Shown in pieces: positions 35,741 through 48,323 of a stretch of DNA of 64,000 bases; within the stretch, counting starts at the first letter, position 1, and each line of letters opens with the position of its first letter. A program made the translations under genes and the position numbers. This DNA is from Basidiobolus meristosporus CBS 931.73 (lineage: Eukaryota; Fungi; Basidiobolomycota): positions 1 through 64,000 of the forward strand of contig MCFE01000478.1 in NCBI GenBank assembly GCA_002104905.1. The letters run 5' to 3'. Under the pieces are notes generated by a model. The model was not told where the DNA came from. It did no database searches and worked only from the letters and a program-made list of their open reading frames with translations.

Positions 35741-35826
35741 TAAGATGATGAACTTTAAAAAATCAAAAGGCTTAACCATTGAGATATATTCATTTATATC
35801 GTTGATACCTTGATTGTTCTGATTTC
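35741..35826 (+). ncRNA. Second box C/D snoRNA candidate, target not established
   Basis: Perfect box C ATGATGA at 35745-35751 and box D CTGA at 35819-35822 (78-nt span), with a weak terminal stem. Located next to a confident snoRNA. Confidence 0.65.
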
Positions 35827-35836
35827 AACCATTTTT

Positions 35837-35882
35837 GCACATGGGTGGTCCCATCATTGCAGGTTCGATTCCTGAGTTGTGC
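35837..35882 (+). other. tRNA-like mini-structure 2 with the same architecture
   Basis: GCACA/TGTGC stem; ATGGG-TGGT-CCCAT; CAGG-TTCGATT-CCTG. Confidence 0.55.
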
Positions 35883-35924
35883 TATTCCTTGCTGTGTGTA
35901 GTTGTGCTATTCCTTGCTGCGTGT
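35875..35924. repeat. 2 x 25 bp tandem repeat
   Basis: agttgtgctattccttgctgtgtgt / agttgtgctattccttgctgcgtgt. Confidence 0.85.
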
Positions 35925-36371
35925 TGCACTGACTAAACGAACAAATAAATCCTCTAATTTAAAAATAATAATGGACCATAATGTATGATGGCTATGACTG
36001 AGTGTTTTGGGGAATGTAACCATATAATGACTGGCCCTAAAGATTTCCATCGCGTATCGTCATTATCCAGCGCAGTTATGCAGCCAAATCGAATTAAAAA
36101 AAACATTTTTTTTTTGAATCCGAGATATCTTACGGATCGGGAAAAAAAAACTTGGTGAAAAAAAATCAAGATACACTACACGCTGACAACGAGTAGCATT
36201 GTGTACTGCCCGAGCTTGAACCCAAAGCGGTGCGTTAGCTACTGATAGACTTTGCCTCAAGCTGTGGAGTTCGTTCCGGTGTATTTATTTGTTAAATAGA
36301 ACTGTTTCCCTGAGTCCCCCTTTTCGTTTCGTATAAACGTGAAAAACCTACACATAGGTTTGTAAACCAAC

Positions 36372-39300
36372 ATGAACATTTCAAACCCGGTTAACGCCGA
36401 GATCAATGCTGTATCTTTCTCCTTCTACGACCCAGAGGAGGTAAAGAAGATCTCGGTAAAGCATATAGTCAATCCCCAGCTTCTTGACAACTTGAATCAC
36501 CCCACCAAAGGTGGTCTGTATGATCCAGCTCTCGGCCCTTTTACCAAAAACCATGTGTAAGTGACTTTCTCCTTGAAACAAATATAGCGACCGGTATTAA
36601 CATGTTACGTTATCCTCAATTAGCTGCGCTACCTGCTCTCTCGACTACTTTTCGTGCCCTGGTCATTTCGGTCACATTGAGCTCCCCTGCCCAGTCACGA
36701 ATCCTTTAGTTTTCAAATATATGTTCGGATTGATGAGAGCCAAATGTTTTTACTGCCATCGCTTCAGAACTTCTCGTGCTGAGGTATTTTTGCATTGGTT
36801 TTGGCTTTTCACCCGCAGCGCATAACCTCCGTGATATTTCAGAATGCTCGTTTCATAGCCAAGCTACAACTGCTTCAATCTGGACTGGTTTTGGAGGCGT
36901 TGGAAGTTGACAACATGGTTCCCAATTTCAAGAGCAAGAAGGCTGCTGGTGAGGAAGAAGAAGAGTCCATTGAGGAATTGAAGGTGGAGACCGAGGACGA
37001 ATATGTCGAGAGAATCGGTTAGTTGAAGCAAATGGATTTCTTTGGTAGTTTGAGATGATTTACTAATAGATCCATTACAGAGATGTTTGTTAAGAAATCC
37101 CTCGAGAATGCCTCTGAGAGTGCCTCCAAGGATTACAAAATAACCCTTATCAACGAAGAAAGAAGAAAGGTCCAAGCTGAATTTATTAAGCGTGCCTGCG
37201 GTAAAAGAAGATGCGACAACTGTTCTGGATATGCTCCTGTTCTTCGTAACGACGGGTACACCAAGGTTTTCAAGCAGCCCCTTCCAAAGAAATACCAGGC
37301 TGTGATGGATGCCAAGGGTATGGTAGAATCAGACGTTCTTCAGAAGAAAGCCAAGCAACAAAAGCGTCACTATGCCGACACCGAAATGATGGATGTCGAC
37401 GAGGAGGAAGAGGAGGCCACCGAGGATATGGAGATGGAGGTAGCAGCCGAAAAGAAGACTGCTCATACCTTCATGACCCCTCTTCACCTTCGTAACCATA
37501 TTGGTCTCTTGTTTGAGAATGAAGCCGTCATCACCAACTTGTTGTATGGCAAGTACAACCCCATCAGTGGTACATACGCCACCAAGGCCAGCCCAAATAT
37601 GTTCTTCATTGAAGTTCTTCCTGTGCCTCCAACTCGCTTCAGACCAGCTTCCGTCTTTGAAGATGAGATCATGGAAAACCCTCAAAATGTGTATCTCGGC
37701 CAAGTGTTGGGCACCTGCAACCGCCTCCGTGATATTAACGTCACTGCCAACGGTGGCAGCGATAAGATTGATGGCGCCAGTTTGGCTAGCTCCGACACCA
37801 GATTGTTCTCCAACCTCATCAATACCTGGATCCAGCTTCAGCAAGATGTCAACAACCTTATTGACAGTTCCAAGAACCCCAACCTGGGTAAGAACGGAGC
37901 CGCCCCTCCCCCAGGTATTCGTCAGACACTTGAGAAGAAGGAAGGTCTATTCAGAAAGCACATGATGGGCAAGCGTGTCAACTACTCTGCTCGTTCCGTC
38001 ATTTCTCCTGATCCCAACATCGAAACCAGTGAAATCGGTATTCCACCAGTGTTCGCCTCAAAGTTGACCTACCCTGAGCCAGTGACCCACTACAACGTCA
38101 AGGAAATGCGTCGCGCCGTCATTAATGGACCCGATCAATGGCCTGGTGCTTCTCATGTTCAGCATGAGGATGGAACCTTGACATCCTTGGGTAACCTGAG
38201 TCTGGAGTCCAGAATTGCCTTGGCCAATCAACTTCTCACCCCACAAGAGACCTCTACCAATGCTTCTGCCGGTGGCGCGTTTACTCCTCGGGTGACTGGG
38301 GTAAACAAGAAGGTTCTTAGACATCTTAAGAATGGTGATCTTCTTCTGTTGAACAGACAGCCTACCCTACACAAGCCCTCTATCATGGCACACAGAGCCA
38401 GAGTTCTCCCTGGCGAGAAGACCATTCGTATGCACTATGCCAATTGTAACACCTACAACGCCGATTTCGATGGTGATGAAATGAACATCCATTTCCCCCA
38501 GAACGAAATCGCCAGAGCCGAGGCGCTTCTTATTGCCAACACTGACTCGCAGTACCTCGTACCAACTAACGGTAGTCCCCTCCGTGGTTTGATCCAGGAT
38601 CACGTAGTAACAGGGGTGTGGATGACGGCTAAGGACACCTTCTTTACTCGCGAAGAGTACCAACAAGTCATCTATGGTGCCTTGAGACCCGAAGAAGACG
38701 AGAGTGGTAACGGTAAGATTGACACCGTTCCTCCTGCCATCTGGAAGCCTCAGCCTCTTTGGACCGGTAAACAAATCATCTCCACGATCTTGAAGAACCT
38801 TACCAAGGGACTTCCACAAGCCAACGTCAAGTCTAAGGCCAAGGTGCCTGCCAAATACTGGGGCCCAGGATCCGAGGAGCAAAACGTCATTGTCATGGAT
38901 GGTGAGTTGCTCTGTGGTGTTCTCGATAAGAGTCAGTTTGGTGCCTCTGCTTTTGGTCTGGTCCACTCGGTGTATGAGCTCTATGGACCATCATATGCTG
39001 GTAAATTGCTCAGCATTTTCGGCAGACTCTTCACCAAGTATGTCCAGATGCGCGGTTTTACCTGTCGTATGGATGATTTGCGTTTGACCAGCGAAGGTGA
39101 TCAATGGAGACGTGACTTGCTGGAGAAGGGCAAGTTCTTTGGTCGCGATGCATCCAGAGACTACGTTGGATTGAAGAATCTTGAGGAAATGAGCCAACAA
39201 CAGATCGAAAGTGAGTACAAACACAGAATGGAGGAGGTTCTTCGTTCCAACGAGAAGATGGCCGGTTTGGATGCCGCCATGAAGTCCAAGATGAACGGCT

Positions 39301-41612
39301 TAACCTCGTCCATCATTAACAAGTGTCTTCCCGCTGGTCTACTTCGTCTCTTCCCGGACAACAACATGCAAATGATGACCATTTCCGGTGCCAAGGGATC
39401 TAACGTCAACGTGTCCCAGATTTCCTGCCTTCTTGGACAGCAGGAATTGGAAGGTAGAAGAGTACCAACCATGGTGTCTGGTAAAACCTTGCCCTCCTTC
39501 TTGCCCTTCGACTCAAGTGCTAGAGCCGGTGGGTTCATTGCTGGCCGTTTCTTGACTGGTATCAGACCACAGGAATATTTCTTCCATTGTATGGCTGGTC
39601 GTGAAGGTCTTATCGACACAGCCGTCAAAACCGCTAACTCCGGTTATCTCCAGCGTTGTTTGATTAAGCATCTTGAAGGCCTCCGTGTTCACTACGACCA
39701 CACTGTCCGTGACTCTGACGGTTCCATTCTTCAATTCCAATATGGTGAAGATGCCCTCGATGTCATCAAGCAGAAGCATTTGAACGAGTTCAGCTTCATC
39801 GCTAGCAACTACGCAGCATTCATCAAGAAGCAGCAGCCACAGAAGGCGTTGGCCGTTCTTGAATTGGAGGAAGCCGGCTCATACTCCAAGAAGGCTTTGA
39901 AGAAACCTTCCAAGTACGACCCAGTTCTGTCCAAATTCAACCCTAGCAGAAACCTCGGTGCGGTTTCCGAGAAATTCCAAACCTCACTTGACAAGTACTT
40001 GGAGCAAAACCCCGAGAAATTGATTGTCACCAAGGAGAATGCCAGCAATCCTAATGTACGCTTCCCTGACCTGAACAAGAAGAAGTTCAAGGCCTTGATG
40101 CACTTGAAGTATCTTCAGAGTTTGGCGGATCCTGGTGAGGCTGTTGGTCTGCTTGCTGCCCAGGGTGTTGGTGAGCCATCCACTCAGATGACACTGAACA
40201 CTTTCCATTTCGCCGGATTTGGTGCCAAGAACGTTACCCTCGGTATTCCACGTCTTCGTGAAATCGTCATGACTGCCAGTGCCAACATCAAGACTCCTTC
40301 CATGACTCTTCCCCTTCACTCCCACATCAGCGATACCGAATCCCATGAATTCTGCCAAGACATCAGCAAGCTTACCCTTGCTGCTATTATGGATGACGTC
40401 CTCGTCAAGGAGCAGCTTTCCAAGCTACCCCATTCCGGTGGTAGACGTGTGAAGACCTACAACATTCGATTGAACTTCTTCACCAAGAAGGAGTACCGTG
40501 ATGAATACAACTTGGAGCCATCTATGGTTCAACATGCCATCGAGAAGTCGTTTGTTAGCAAGCTTGAGCGTGCCATTGTCCGTGATTTGAAGAAGGTCTA
40601 CCGTGGCTCCGCAAACACTGAAGAGGAGGATATTGGTAAGCCAGTCCGTACCTCTCGCGCCAAGGCCACCGAGGAGAATGAGGAGGCCGATGCCCCTGCT
40701 AGAGTAATGCGCGAGGATTCTGATGACGAAGATGACCAATCCGAGGTTGGCGACAACGATGCTGATGACGCCAAGCGTGCATCGAAGCGTCAAGAGAAGG
40801 CCACCTACGACGGCCCCGATGAGGAGGATGAAGCCATGATCGCCGAAATGAACAAGGAGCTCGAATCGGATGAGGACTCTTCAGAATCTGAGGAAGAGAA
40901 CGTCGAGGGCTATGTTGAAGGCCAAGAAAGTGCGGAGCACAAGGCTCGTGCCGGACGTATTGTCGAGAGCAGTCTTTATGTTAAGCGCTACAAGTTCGAT
41001 GAGCAGAACGGATCTTACTGCGAGATCGAGATGCAATTCCCGGCTGATACCAAGAAGATTCTTATGGTCGGTATCGTCGAGAAGATCTGTCACGAGACAG
41101 TCATCCATGAAGTGAAGGGCATTGATCGTTGCTTCCCCTTGATCAACGAAGCAGAGAACGATACCTCCAAGCAGTTGGCCACTGAGGGTGTCAACCTTCG
41201 CGGTATGTGGAATTATCCCGAGACTCTTGATCTCAACAAGATTTACACCAACGATATCGCAGCCATCTTGCGTACCTATGGTGTTGAAGCCGCCCGTAAC
41301 GCCATCACCAAAGAAATTGGTGGTGTGTTCGGAGTGTACGGTATCGAGGTCGATCCCAGACATCTATCGCTCATTGCCGATTACATGACTTTCGAAGGAG
41401 GCTACAAGCCATTCAACAGAATGGGTATTGAATCCAACGTCAGTCCCTTCTTGAAGATGAGTTTCGAAACCACCTGTCACTTCTTGACCAACGCCACCGT
41501 TCACGGAGACTATGATACCATGGCAAGTCCTAGTGCCAGAATTGTGGTGGGTAAGGTTGTTGAAGGAGGTACCGGTGCTTTCGAGATTCGTCAGCCACTG
41601 ACTGTTCAATAA
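36372..41612 (+). CDS. RPA190: RNA polymerase I largest subunit, 4 exons
   Basis: GGLYDPALGP, CPGHFGHIEL, KKEGLFRKHMMGKRVNYSARSVISPD, NRQPTLHKPS, YNADFDGDEMN, GEPSTQMTLNTFHFAG, SFETT. Confidence 0.98.
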
Positions 41613-43120
41613 TCGAAGTGAAGCCAGCAAACCTTATTCATTCTAATCAATCTTTGTATCACCACACCTTCTACTTTCCTACATGGCCTGTAATTTCCAC
41701 CCCTTCTTTCTCTTCCTCTCATCGACCCCCCACCATTTTACTTTATTCATGAAATTTATATACTTTTACTAGGAAATATTAGTTTGTGACCGTTCCTTTT
41801 AAATATAGAGAAAATAAATCCTGTAGACGTAAACTGCCACGGATGTGCTTCCCATAGATAATGCATGGTACAATGAGCAGCGATTTAGCTTTGCTCGCAG
41901 CAATGGAATCTGTTGGACACTTACTGTGTGCTCTCAGGAATGCGGTGCTCACCACCAAACGTGCCAAAACAAAGTCATGGCGAGGGGCATTCAGAGGACA
42001 CCAAACACTCAAACCAAGAGAAGGGATGAAGTTTACAAACCCAAGACACCAAACCCTCGGAAACCCCCTACTATCTACGAGAAAAGAAACCTATCTTATC
42101 CGCGAAACGTTTTCCATACCTCAACTCACTTGGCTGAATTACCAAAAAAGTGGAACCGGTGCAACTCTGTCGCTGGCTGTTCACCTCCACGACCTGCTAG
42201 CTATAACCACCATATTCTCGGATGCGATTTGCTTCCCACATTGCAATAGAAATTTTCTGGAGCAATTTCTATCATGGGCTACTCGCTCTTTTCATATGAT
42301 TAAAGTGGACTCGACTGACGCCACCACGATAGCTTTTCAGAGTGTGAGTGCCTAAAGTGGCTGCCCCAGCGGGCTCGGGTGCCTATTTGCCACTTTGGTG
42401 AAATCATGGCTGACTCGTGTATACATTCCATTAACCAGCATGTCGAAGTACACTTTGGTCAGCTAACGAAGTAACACAATCCCTCATGGCCACCTAAGCA
42501 CGTCACAGTTGGGTGGGATTAGAACTACCTTTCATATTCAAATATACTCACCCACCCAAAATAGCAAGCAAATTCACCGATTGTTGGTCCCTAATCCACT
42601 CATAGTGGACAGCTATTCCGTTGGGTCAGTTTGTACCAATTGGAGTTAATTGGGGACGTCAAACACTGAGCACAACGGGGGTCAATTCCAACCCTCCAAC
42701 CCCACTTTCCACCCCAACGAAGTCATTTTAAGCAGTAGTCTTCCCAAAAAAGTCTCCCGAACCCAATACTCAGCGCACACTACCAACGGAGCAGATCATG
42801 TTAGTAAGAATCAATTGAGGGGTCACTGGACATTTCCACACCACACGAATCCTACAAGTCCAATAGGATTTGATTAGCTTAGTTTTAAACTAATTAGAAA
42901 AAAATGGGGCCATGTTCTTGAATATCACCTGAATGTAACGTCGGTGAGCGCTTTCTATTTGGTGGTGGGTGTGATCGAAATCGAGCCCCTGCTCAGATCC
43001 GGATGATTCGAGCCATTCCCTTGTTTTTCTATCAGCTAAATAGCCCTCGTCCCCGACTCTGCTACTTCGTCCTCATTGCTTTTGAGTCCTTAGCCTTCGC
43101 TCTTCTTACACCAGTTTAAT

Positions 43121-44035
43121 ATGTCTGTCCAAAAGAAAGAAAAGAACTTCGCCGTTGATTTCCTCATGGGTGGTGTCTCCGCCGCTGTCTCCAAGACCGC
43201 CGCTGCCCCCATCGAGCGTATCAAGCTCCTCATCCAGAACCAAGATGAGATGATCAAGAGCGGTCGTCTTTCCCACCCATACAAGGGTGTCGCTGACTGT
43301 TTCACTCGTGTCATCAAGGAGGAAGGTACCGTCTCCCTCTGGAGAGGTAACATGGCCAACGTCATCCGTTACTTCCCCACCCAAGCTTTGAACTTCGCCT
43401 TCAAGGACTACTTCAAGCAAATGTTCGGTTACAAGAAGGACAAGGACGGCTACTGGAAGTGGTTCGCTGGTAACCTTGCCTCCGGTGGTGCCGCTGGTGC
43501 CTTCTCCCTCTTCTTCGTGTACTCCTTGGATTACGCTCGTACCCGTCTTGCCAACGACAACAAGTCCGCCAAGAAGGGAGGAGAGCGTCAATTCAACGGT
43601 CTCGTTGATGTCTACCGCAAGACCCTCAAGTCTGACGGTGTCGCTGGTTTGTACAGAGGCTTCAACATCTCCTGTGTTGGTATCATCGTCTACCGTGGTT
43701 TGTACTTCGGTATGTACGATTCCTTGAAGCCTGTTCTCCTCGTCGGAGAGCTCAAGGACTCCCTCCTCGCCTCCTTCTTGTTGGGTTGGGGTATCACCAT
43801 TGGTGCTGGTCTCGCTTCTTATCCTATCGATACTGTCCGTAGAAGAATGATGATGACTTCCGGTGAAGCCGTCAAGTACACCTCCTCCATGCAATGCTTC
43901 CAAGAGGTTATCAAGAAGGAGGGTTACAAGTCTCTCTTCAAGGGAGCCGGTGCTAACATTCTCCGTGCTGTTGCTGGTGCTGGTGTGTTGGCTGGATATG
44001 ACAAACTCCAAGCCGTCTTCGCCAACAAGTTCTAA
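43121..44035 (+). CDS. AAC: Mitochondrial ADP/ATP carrier, copy A
   Basis: [36 protein letters not shown] signature; intronless. Confidence 0.98.
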   Translation: MSVQKKEKNFAVDFLMGGVSAAVSKTAAAPIERIKLLIQNQDEMIKSGRLSHPYKGVADCFTRVIKEEGTVSLWRGNMANVIRYFPTQALNFAFKDYFKQMFGYKKDKDGYWKWFAGNLASGGAAGAFSLFFVYSLDYARTRLANDNKSAKKGGERQFNGLVDVYRKTLKSDGVAGLYRGFNISCVGIIVYRGLYFGMYDSLKPVLLVGELKDSLLASFLLGWGITIGAGLASYPIDTVRRRMMMTSGEAVKYTSSMQCFQEVIKKEGYKSLFKGAGANILRAVAGAGVLAGYDKLQAVFANKF

Positions 44036-44560
44036 GTTAATTAGGCTAGCAAACCCCGAATTTTCTAATTCGCTCTATTTATTATGTAGATTAGAAGCAT
44101 TCATAATAAACAGCATTCATCATTCTTTATTAACAATACCTATCGTCACAGTAAAATTTTCTTCTTAACCTTCATGATGACGAATGTTTCACGCATGGAT
44201 CCCCTTTATATTTTTGGGGGGTTATGCATTCCATATCGAACCATATGATTATTTTCCTTGATCCGATTAGGTTTACCATGTGGTTTACCATAAAATCCAT
44301 TACGTTCCAAAATCCCAGGGTTTATTCTAGGATGTGTAGCTTGCTCATTTGCCTATTTACTATTGAAATCGTAGAACGCTTCAACAGATTATTGTAGTAG
44401 GGATACTCCACTGTGGTGCGATTATCAAAGCTAAAGGTTACTATGCAATAGAAAATGTGTTTTCGTCTGAAGAGCAATTTTATTGAATGCTAAACATGTC
44501 TTCATTATTTGGTATGTGTGAACACAAATGCAATTAATGTGGATGAGATGAGAATTAAAT

Positions 44561-45475
44561 TTAGAACTTGTTGGCGAAGACGGCTTGGAGTTTGTCATAT
44601 CCAGCCAACACACCAGCACCAGCAACAGCACGGAGAATATTAGCACCGGCTCCCTTGAAGAGAGACTTGTAACCCTCCTTCTTGATAACCTCTTGGAAGC
44701 ATTGCATGGAGGAGGTGTACTTGACGGCTTCACCGGAAGTCATCATCATTCTTCTACGGACAGTATCGATAGGATAAGAAGCGAGACCAGCACCAATGGT
44801 GATACCCCAACCCAACAAGAAGGAGGCGAGGAGGGAGTCCTTGAGCTCTCCGACGAGGAGAACAGGCTTCAAGGAATCGTACATACCGAAGTACAAACCA
44901 CGGTAGACGATGATACCAACACAGGAGATGTTGAAACCTCTGTACAAACCAGCGACACCATCAGACTTGAGGGTCTTGCGGTAGACATCAACGAGACCGT
45001 TGAATTGACGCTCTCCTCCCTTCTTGGCGGACTTGTTGTCGTTGGCAAGACGGGTACGAGCGTAATCCAAGGAGTACACGAAGAAGAGGGAGAAGGCACC
45101 AGCGGCACCACCGGAGGCAAGGTTACCAGCGAACCACTTCCAGTAGCCGTCCTTGTCCTTCTTGTAACCGAACATTTGCTTGAAGTAGTCCTTGAAGGCG
45201 AAGTTCAAAGCTTGGGTGGGGAAGTAACGGATGACGTTGGCCATGTTACCTCTCCAGAGGGAGACGGTACCTTCCTCCTTGATGACACGAGTGAAACAGT
45301 CAGCGACACCCTTGTATGGGTGGGAAAGACGACCGCTCTTGATCATCTCATCTTGGTTCTGGATGAGGAGCTTGATACGCTCGATGGGGGCAGCGGCGGT
45401 CTTGGAGACAGCGGCGGAGACACCACCCATGAGGAAGTCAACGGCGAAGTTCTTTTCTTTCTTTTGGACAGACAT
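44561..45475 (-). CDS. AAC: Mitochondrial ADP/ATP carrier, copy B (inverted, identical protein)
   Basis: Same 304-aa sequence. True ATG is at 45475; the ORF-track extension starts at a GTG. Confidence 0.98.
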   Translation of the reverse strand: MSVQKKEKNFAVDFLMGGVSAAVSKTAAAPIERIKLLIQNQDEMIKSGRLSHPYKGVADCFTRVIKEEGTVSLWRGNMANVIRYFPTQALNFAFKDYFKQMFGYKKDKDGYWKWFAGNLASGGAAGAFSLFFVYSLDYARTRLANDNKSAKKGGERQFNGLVDVYRKTLKSDGVAGLYRGFNISCVGIIVYRGLYFGMYDSLKPVLLVGELKDSLLASFLLGWGITIGAGLASYPIDTVRRRMMMTSGEAVKYTSSMQCFQEVIKKEGYKSLFKGAGANILRAVAGAGVLAGYDKLQAVFANKF

Positions 45476-46080
45476 GTTAAGCAAGAGAGGAGATGGTTCT
45501 GTACTAGAAGTTAGACAACTTGGTCGGGTCGGCCACCGCGAGTATTTATTCAAAACGAGAAAGTGGAAAATTTTTTGTACTCTCCCCACTTCCAAAATTT
45601 CCCCGCTTCACGTAGGGATGAGGTTGGACACACCATTCTATTGGGGAAATTCGTTTGGTCCAATAACACTCCACCATTACCAAGGTTTCTCCCCAATTGC
45701 ATTAGGAATTCCGAGAGTGGGGTACCAAATATGTCGTACCTACCAATTCTACCGCCTACTTTCGAACCTTCCTATCTCCAGTGATTCTTACCTTCGCTCG
45801 CGATTAATCGCAATACTCCCTAATTTTGGCCTGCTTCCAATTGGATATATGATTCATGAAATCGACAGGAATGGGATGGGAATAGGGATGGGGACGGTGA
45901 TAGTGATGGTGATAGTGATGAAATGGTTTTTTGCCCATAAATTTTCGCCAGTAAACGTTGCGGAGCCTATTAGCTCGCTGGGGCTTGCAATATCTATTTA
46001 CCCTTGGACTGGTGGATGGGATGATTAGGCTTTTTTAGTATAGATTGGTGTACTTTTGGGCAGTCAAGCATCCGAGCTGG

Positions 46081-46560
46081 TCATGGGGGACAATTAATGA
46101 TTCCTGTTACACAGGATGCGGGTACTACTCTCAGCATTACCTGACTATTGAGGTAAGGGGGAAAGTGATGATAGCAGCTTAGGAGAGCAGTAGGTTCAGT
46201 GATTCCCCTCTCGCCTTGACCTTTCGGTGGTGCGTCTTGTGTGTGCAAGCGTCCCAATAACATCAGGGTCTATGATGCGTATTTTGCGCTCATTCATCGG
46301 CCAACATCTCATCCTTGGCGTCGCAAGTCCAATGCTGTGAGCGTACATCTTGGGCGGGTCAGACTAGAAACCAGATTTGCTTTGGCGGCATCTAGATTGG
46401 CTTGTTTGGTTCGGATCCTACATTCAACTGTGTTCAGGCGACATGCCTGTACACTATACCATGGTTTACCATCTGAAGTGGCCGGCACATGAAATTTACC
46501 GTAGAACCACTGGATAAATAGCCCCACGATGTGTGGGGGGGATGTAGCAAGCCCAATCGT
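46081..46560 (-). pseudogene. Decayed duplicate of the 3' half of the cyclin gene at 48324-49924
   Basis: GKFHVPATSDGKPWY vs GRFRVPATLDGKPWY; DNA match ccttgacctttcggtggtgcgtcttgtgtgtgcaa vs ccttgaccattcgttggttcgtcttgtgagtgcaa. May extend weakly to ~47200. Confidence 0.85.
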
Positions 46561-47462
46561 AATTTGGAACCGATTTAAAGTGGTTGGTTGGGTTTCTGTT
46601 TAACTATTCATGGAGTTATTCACGACCTATCTACCATTAAAGGGGAGTTGATGAGATCTACGCTAGATCAATCGTCCATCCGCAATGCTTTGCATTCTCT
46701 GACAAAGAGGTGAGAGTGTCAAGAGCCACGAAAAGATCAGTGGGTGTTGCCTCTTACATAGCTTTTCAAGTGTTATTTGTATGACGACAATGAATGTGAC
46801 ACTTCTACAAGGTGATCATTTTTCTCCGATTGATCTGGGTGGACCAAAGGGTTAGAAGTTGGGCAGCAGGCACCGAACAACAAACACATCCCTGGTATTC
46901 ATTAGAAACTTGAGGATGAAAGGATTAATTGCTTTCCCAAATAACCACCGTTTCCTACTATTTCACATCGAGCGAACATACTTATGACGCTGCATCCAAC
47001 AATTCAATATCCCTCTCTTCCGCTACGGACAGCGGAGCCTGAATGTGGGTAGCCGATGATACCCGCACCAGACGAAACCTACGAACGTGTCCAGTGGGAT
47101 CGGATTTTCTTGCATTAGAGTGCATACCAATCGGTAATGAACTGGTTGAATTGGATATGCACGATCTTCTACGGAATCCCTCGAACACTTGATTTCCGCC
47201 CTACACTTGCATATTGGTTCTGCTTTCCGTTTCACCTAATCAAAATCGCTCAATATGTACTTTCATTGTCCCGAATTTCATGGAGGAACGTTCATCTTCG
47301 TTGCCAACCGAAATGAATTCCGAATGCAGAAAAAATCGGGTGGCACAGGATCATCATCCTTTTGAATGCCAAATGTTCCTCAATTTAGCATGGGGAATAC
47401 CGACCCGATGAATGTGGCGGAGGTGATGGAGGCCGTAAATTTAATGTTGGGTGGCCAAGGTC

Positions 47463-47985
47463 GCTGCAGTTTGTCATAATCAGCCTATACACCAGCACCA
47501 GCACCAGAACCAGCACCAGCACGAAAGATATTGTCTCTCCCTCCCTTGAAGAGAAATTTTTGGTCTTCCCTCTTGACGACTTTCTTGAAGTATCGACTGG
47601 AGTGCTGTATTTGACGGCTTCTATCCTTCTACGGAAAGTGTCTATAGGATAAGTTGAGAATCCGTCGTCAATGGTGATGCTCCAACCCAACAAGAAAGAA
47701 GCAAGGAGCAACCCTTGAACTCTTCAACAAGAAGAGTAGGCTTCAAAGAGTCACACAAACTGAAGGCACAAACCACGGTAGCCGATGATACAACGATGAT
47801 ACCAACGCAAGATGGGGTGAAGCCTCTATACAATCCGACAACATCGCCACTCTGGTAATTCTTGTGATACCGTTGAATTGGCCTCCCTCGGCGCACTTGT
47901 TGAAAAGACAACGACTCTTGACAATCTCATCAGAGACACCACCCATAAGGGAATCAACAGCGAAGTTTTGAACTGACGTGGCAAA
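47463..47985 (-). pseudogene. ADP/ATP carrier pseudogene
   Basis: [46 protein letters not shown], with large deletions and frameshifts. Confidence 0.92.
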
Positions 47986-48323
47986 TTGGCTTAAGAGCGA
48001 GGGCTTTGATAAGATGATTCTGTATTCAATGGTACACGGTGAACTTTCAGATATCGCCATGTGTATCTATTGAATGTTGGAAACTGGATAGTATGCTACC
48101 CTTTCCGAATTTCCAAGTTGTTGCATACCATTGGAATCTCGTGGGCTTTCCAACCCTACATAAGCCATATTGTGGACACCAAGTGTATCCAAAAATGTCT
48201 GCACCATACCAAACTTACGAACACAACCAGCAGGGTCGGGCCTTCTTATTAGTTGGCAATGGGTAGGTGGAATTGGTTATGAGCGACATTAAGCGACATT
48301 GGATATTTCACTTTCAAGTGGAT

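Noticed and set aside
35765-35780. Pairing of the snoRNA-2 segment AATCAAAAGGC with LSU GCTTTTTGATT
   Set aside because: Only 11 bp with a G-U pair and no clear D' box after it, so no target is assigned.
35686-35882. Canonical tRNA genes at the two GGTTCRANTCC motifs
   Set aside because: Only ~46-48 nt between the stem ends, with no anticodon arm or A-box. Kept as tRNA-like mimics instead.
37133-41630. Many antisense or alternative-frame ORFs over RPA190
   Set aside because: Shadow ORFs of a long biased CDS.
41779-42355. 134-164-aa ORFs between RPA190 and AAC
   Set aside because: Overlapping frames, no motifs, no coding-like bias; probably intergenic.
43106-45514. 301/309-aa antisense ORFs spanning both AAC genes
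   Set aside because: They mirror the strong codon bias of a highly expressed gene, start at non-ATG codons or lack context, and contain no motifs.
44561-45595. 40-aa N-terminal extension on AAC copy B
   Set aside because: Starts at GTG in promoter sequence; the ATG at 45475 matches copy A.
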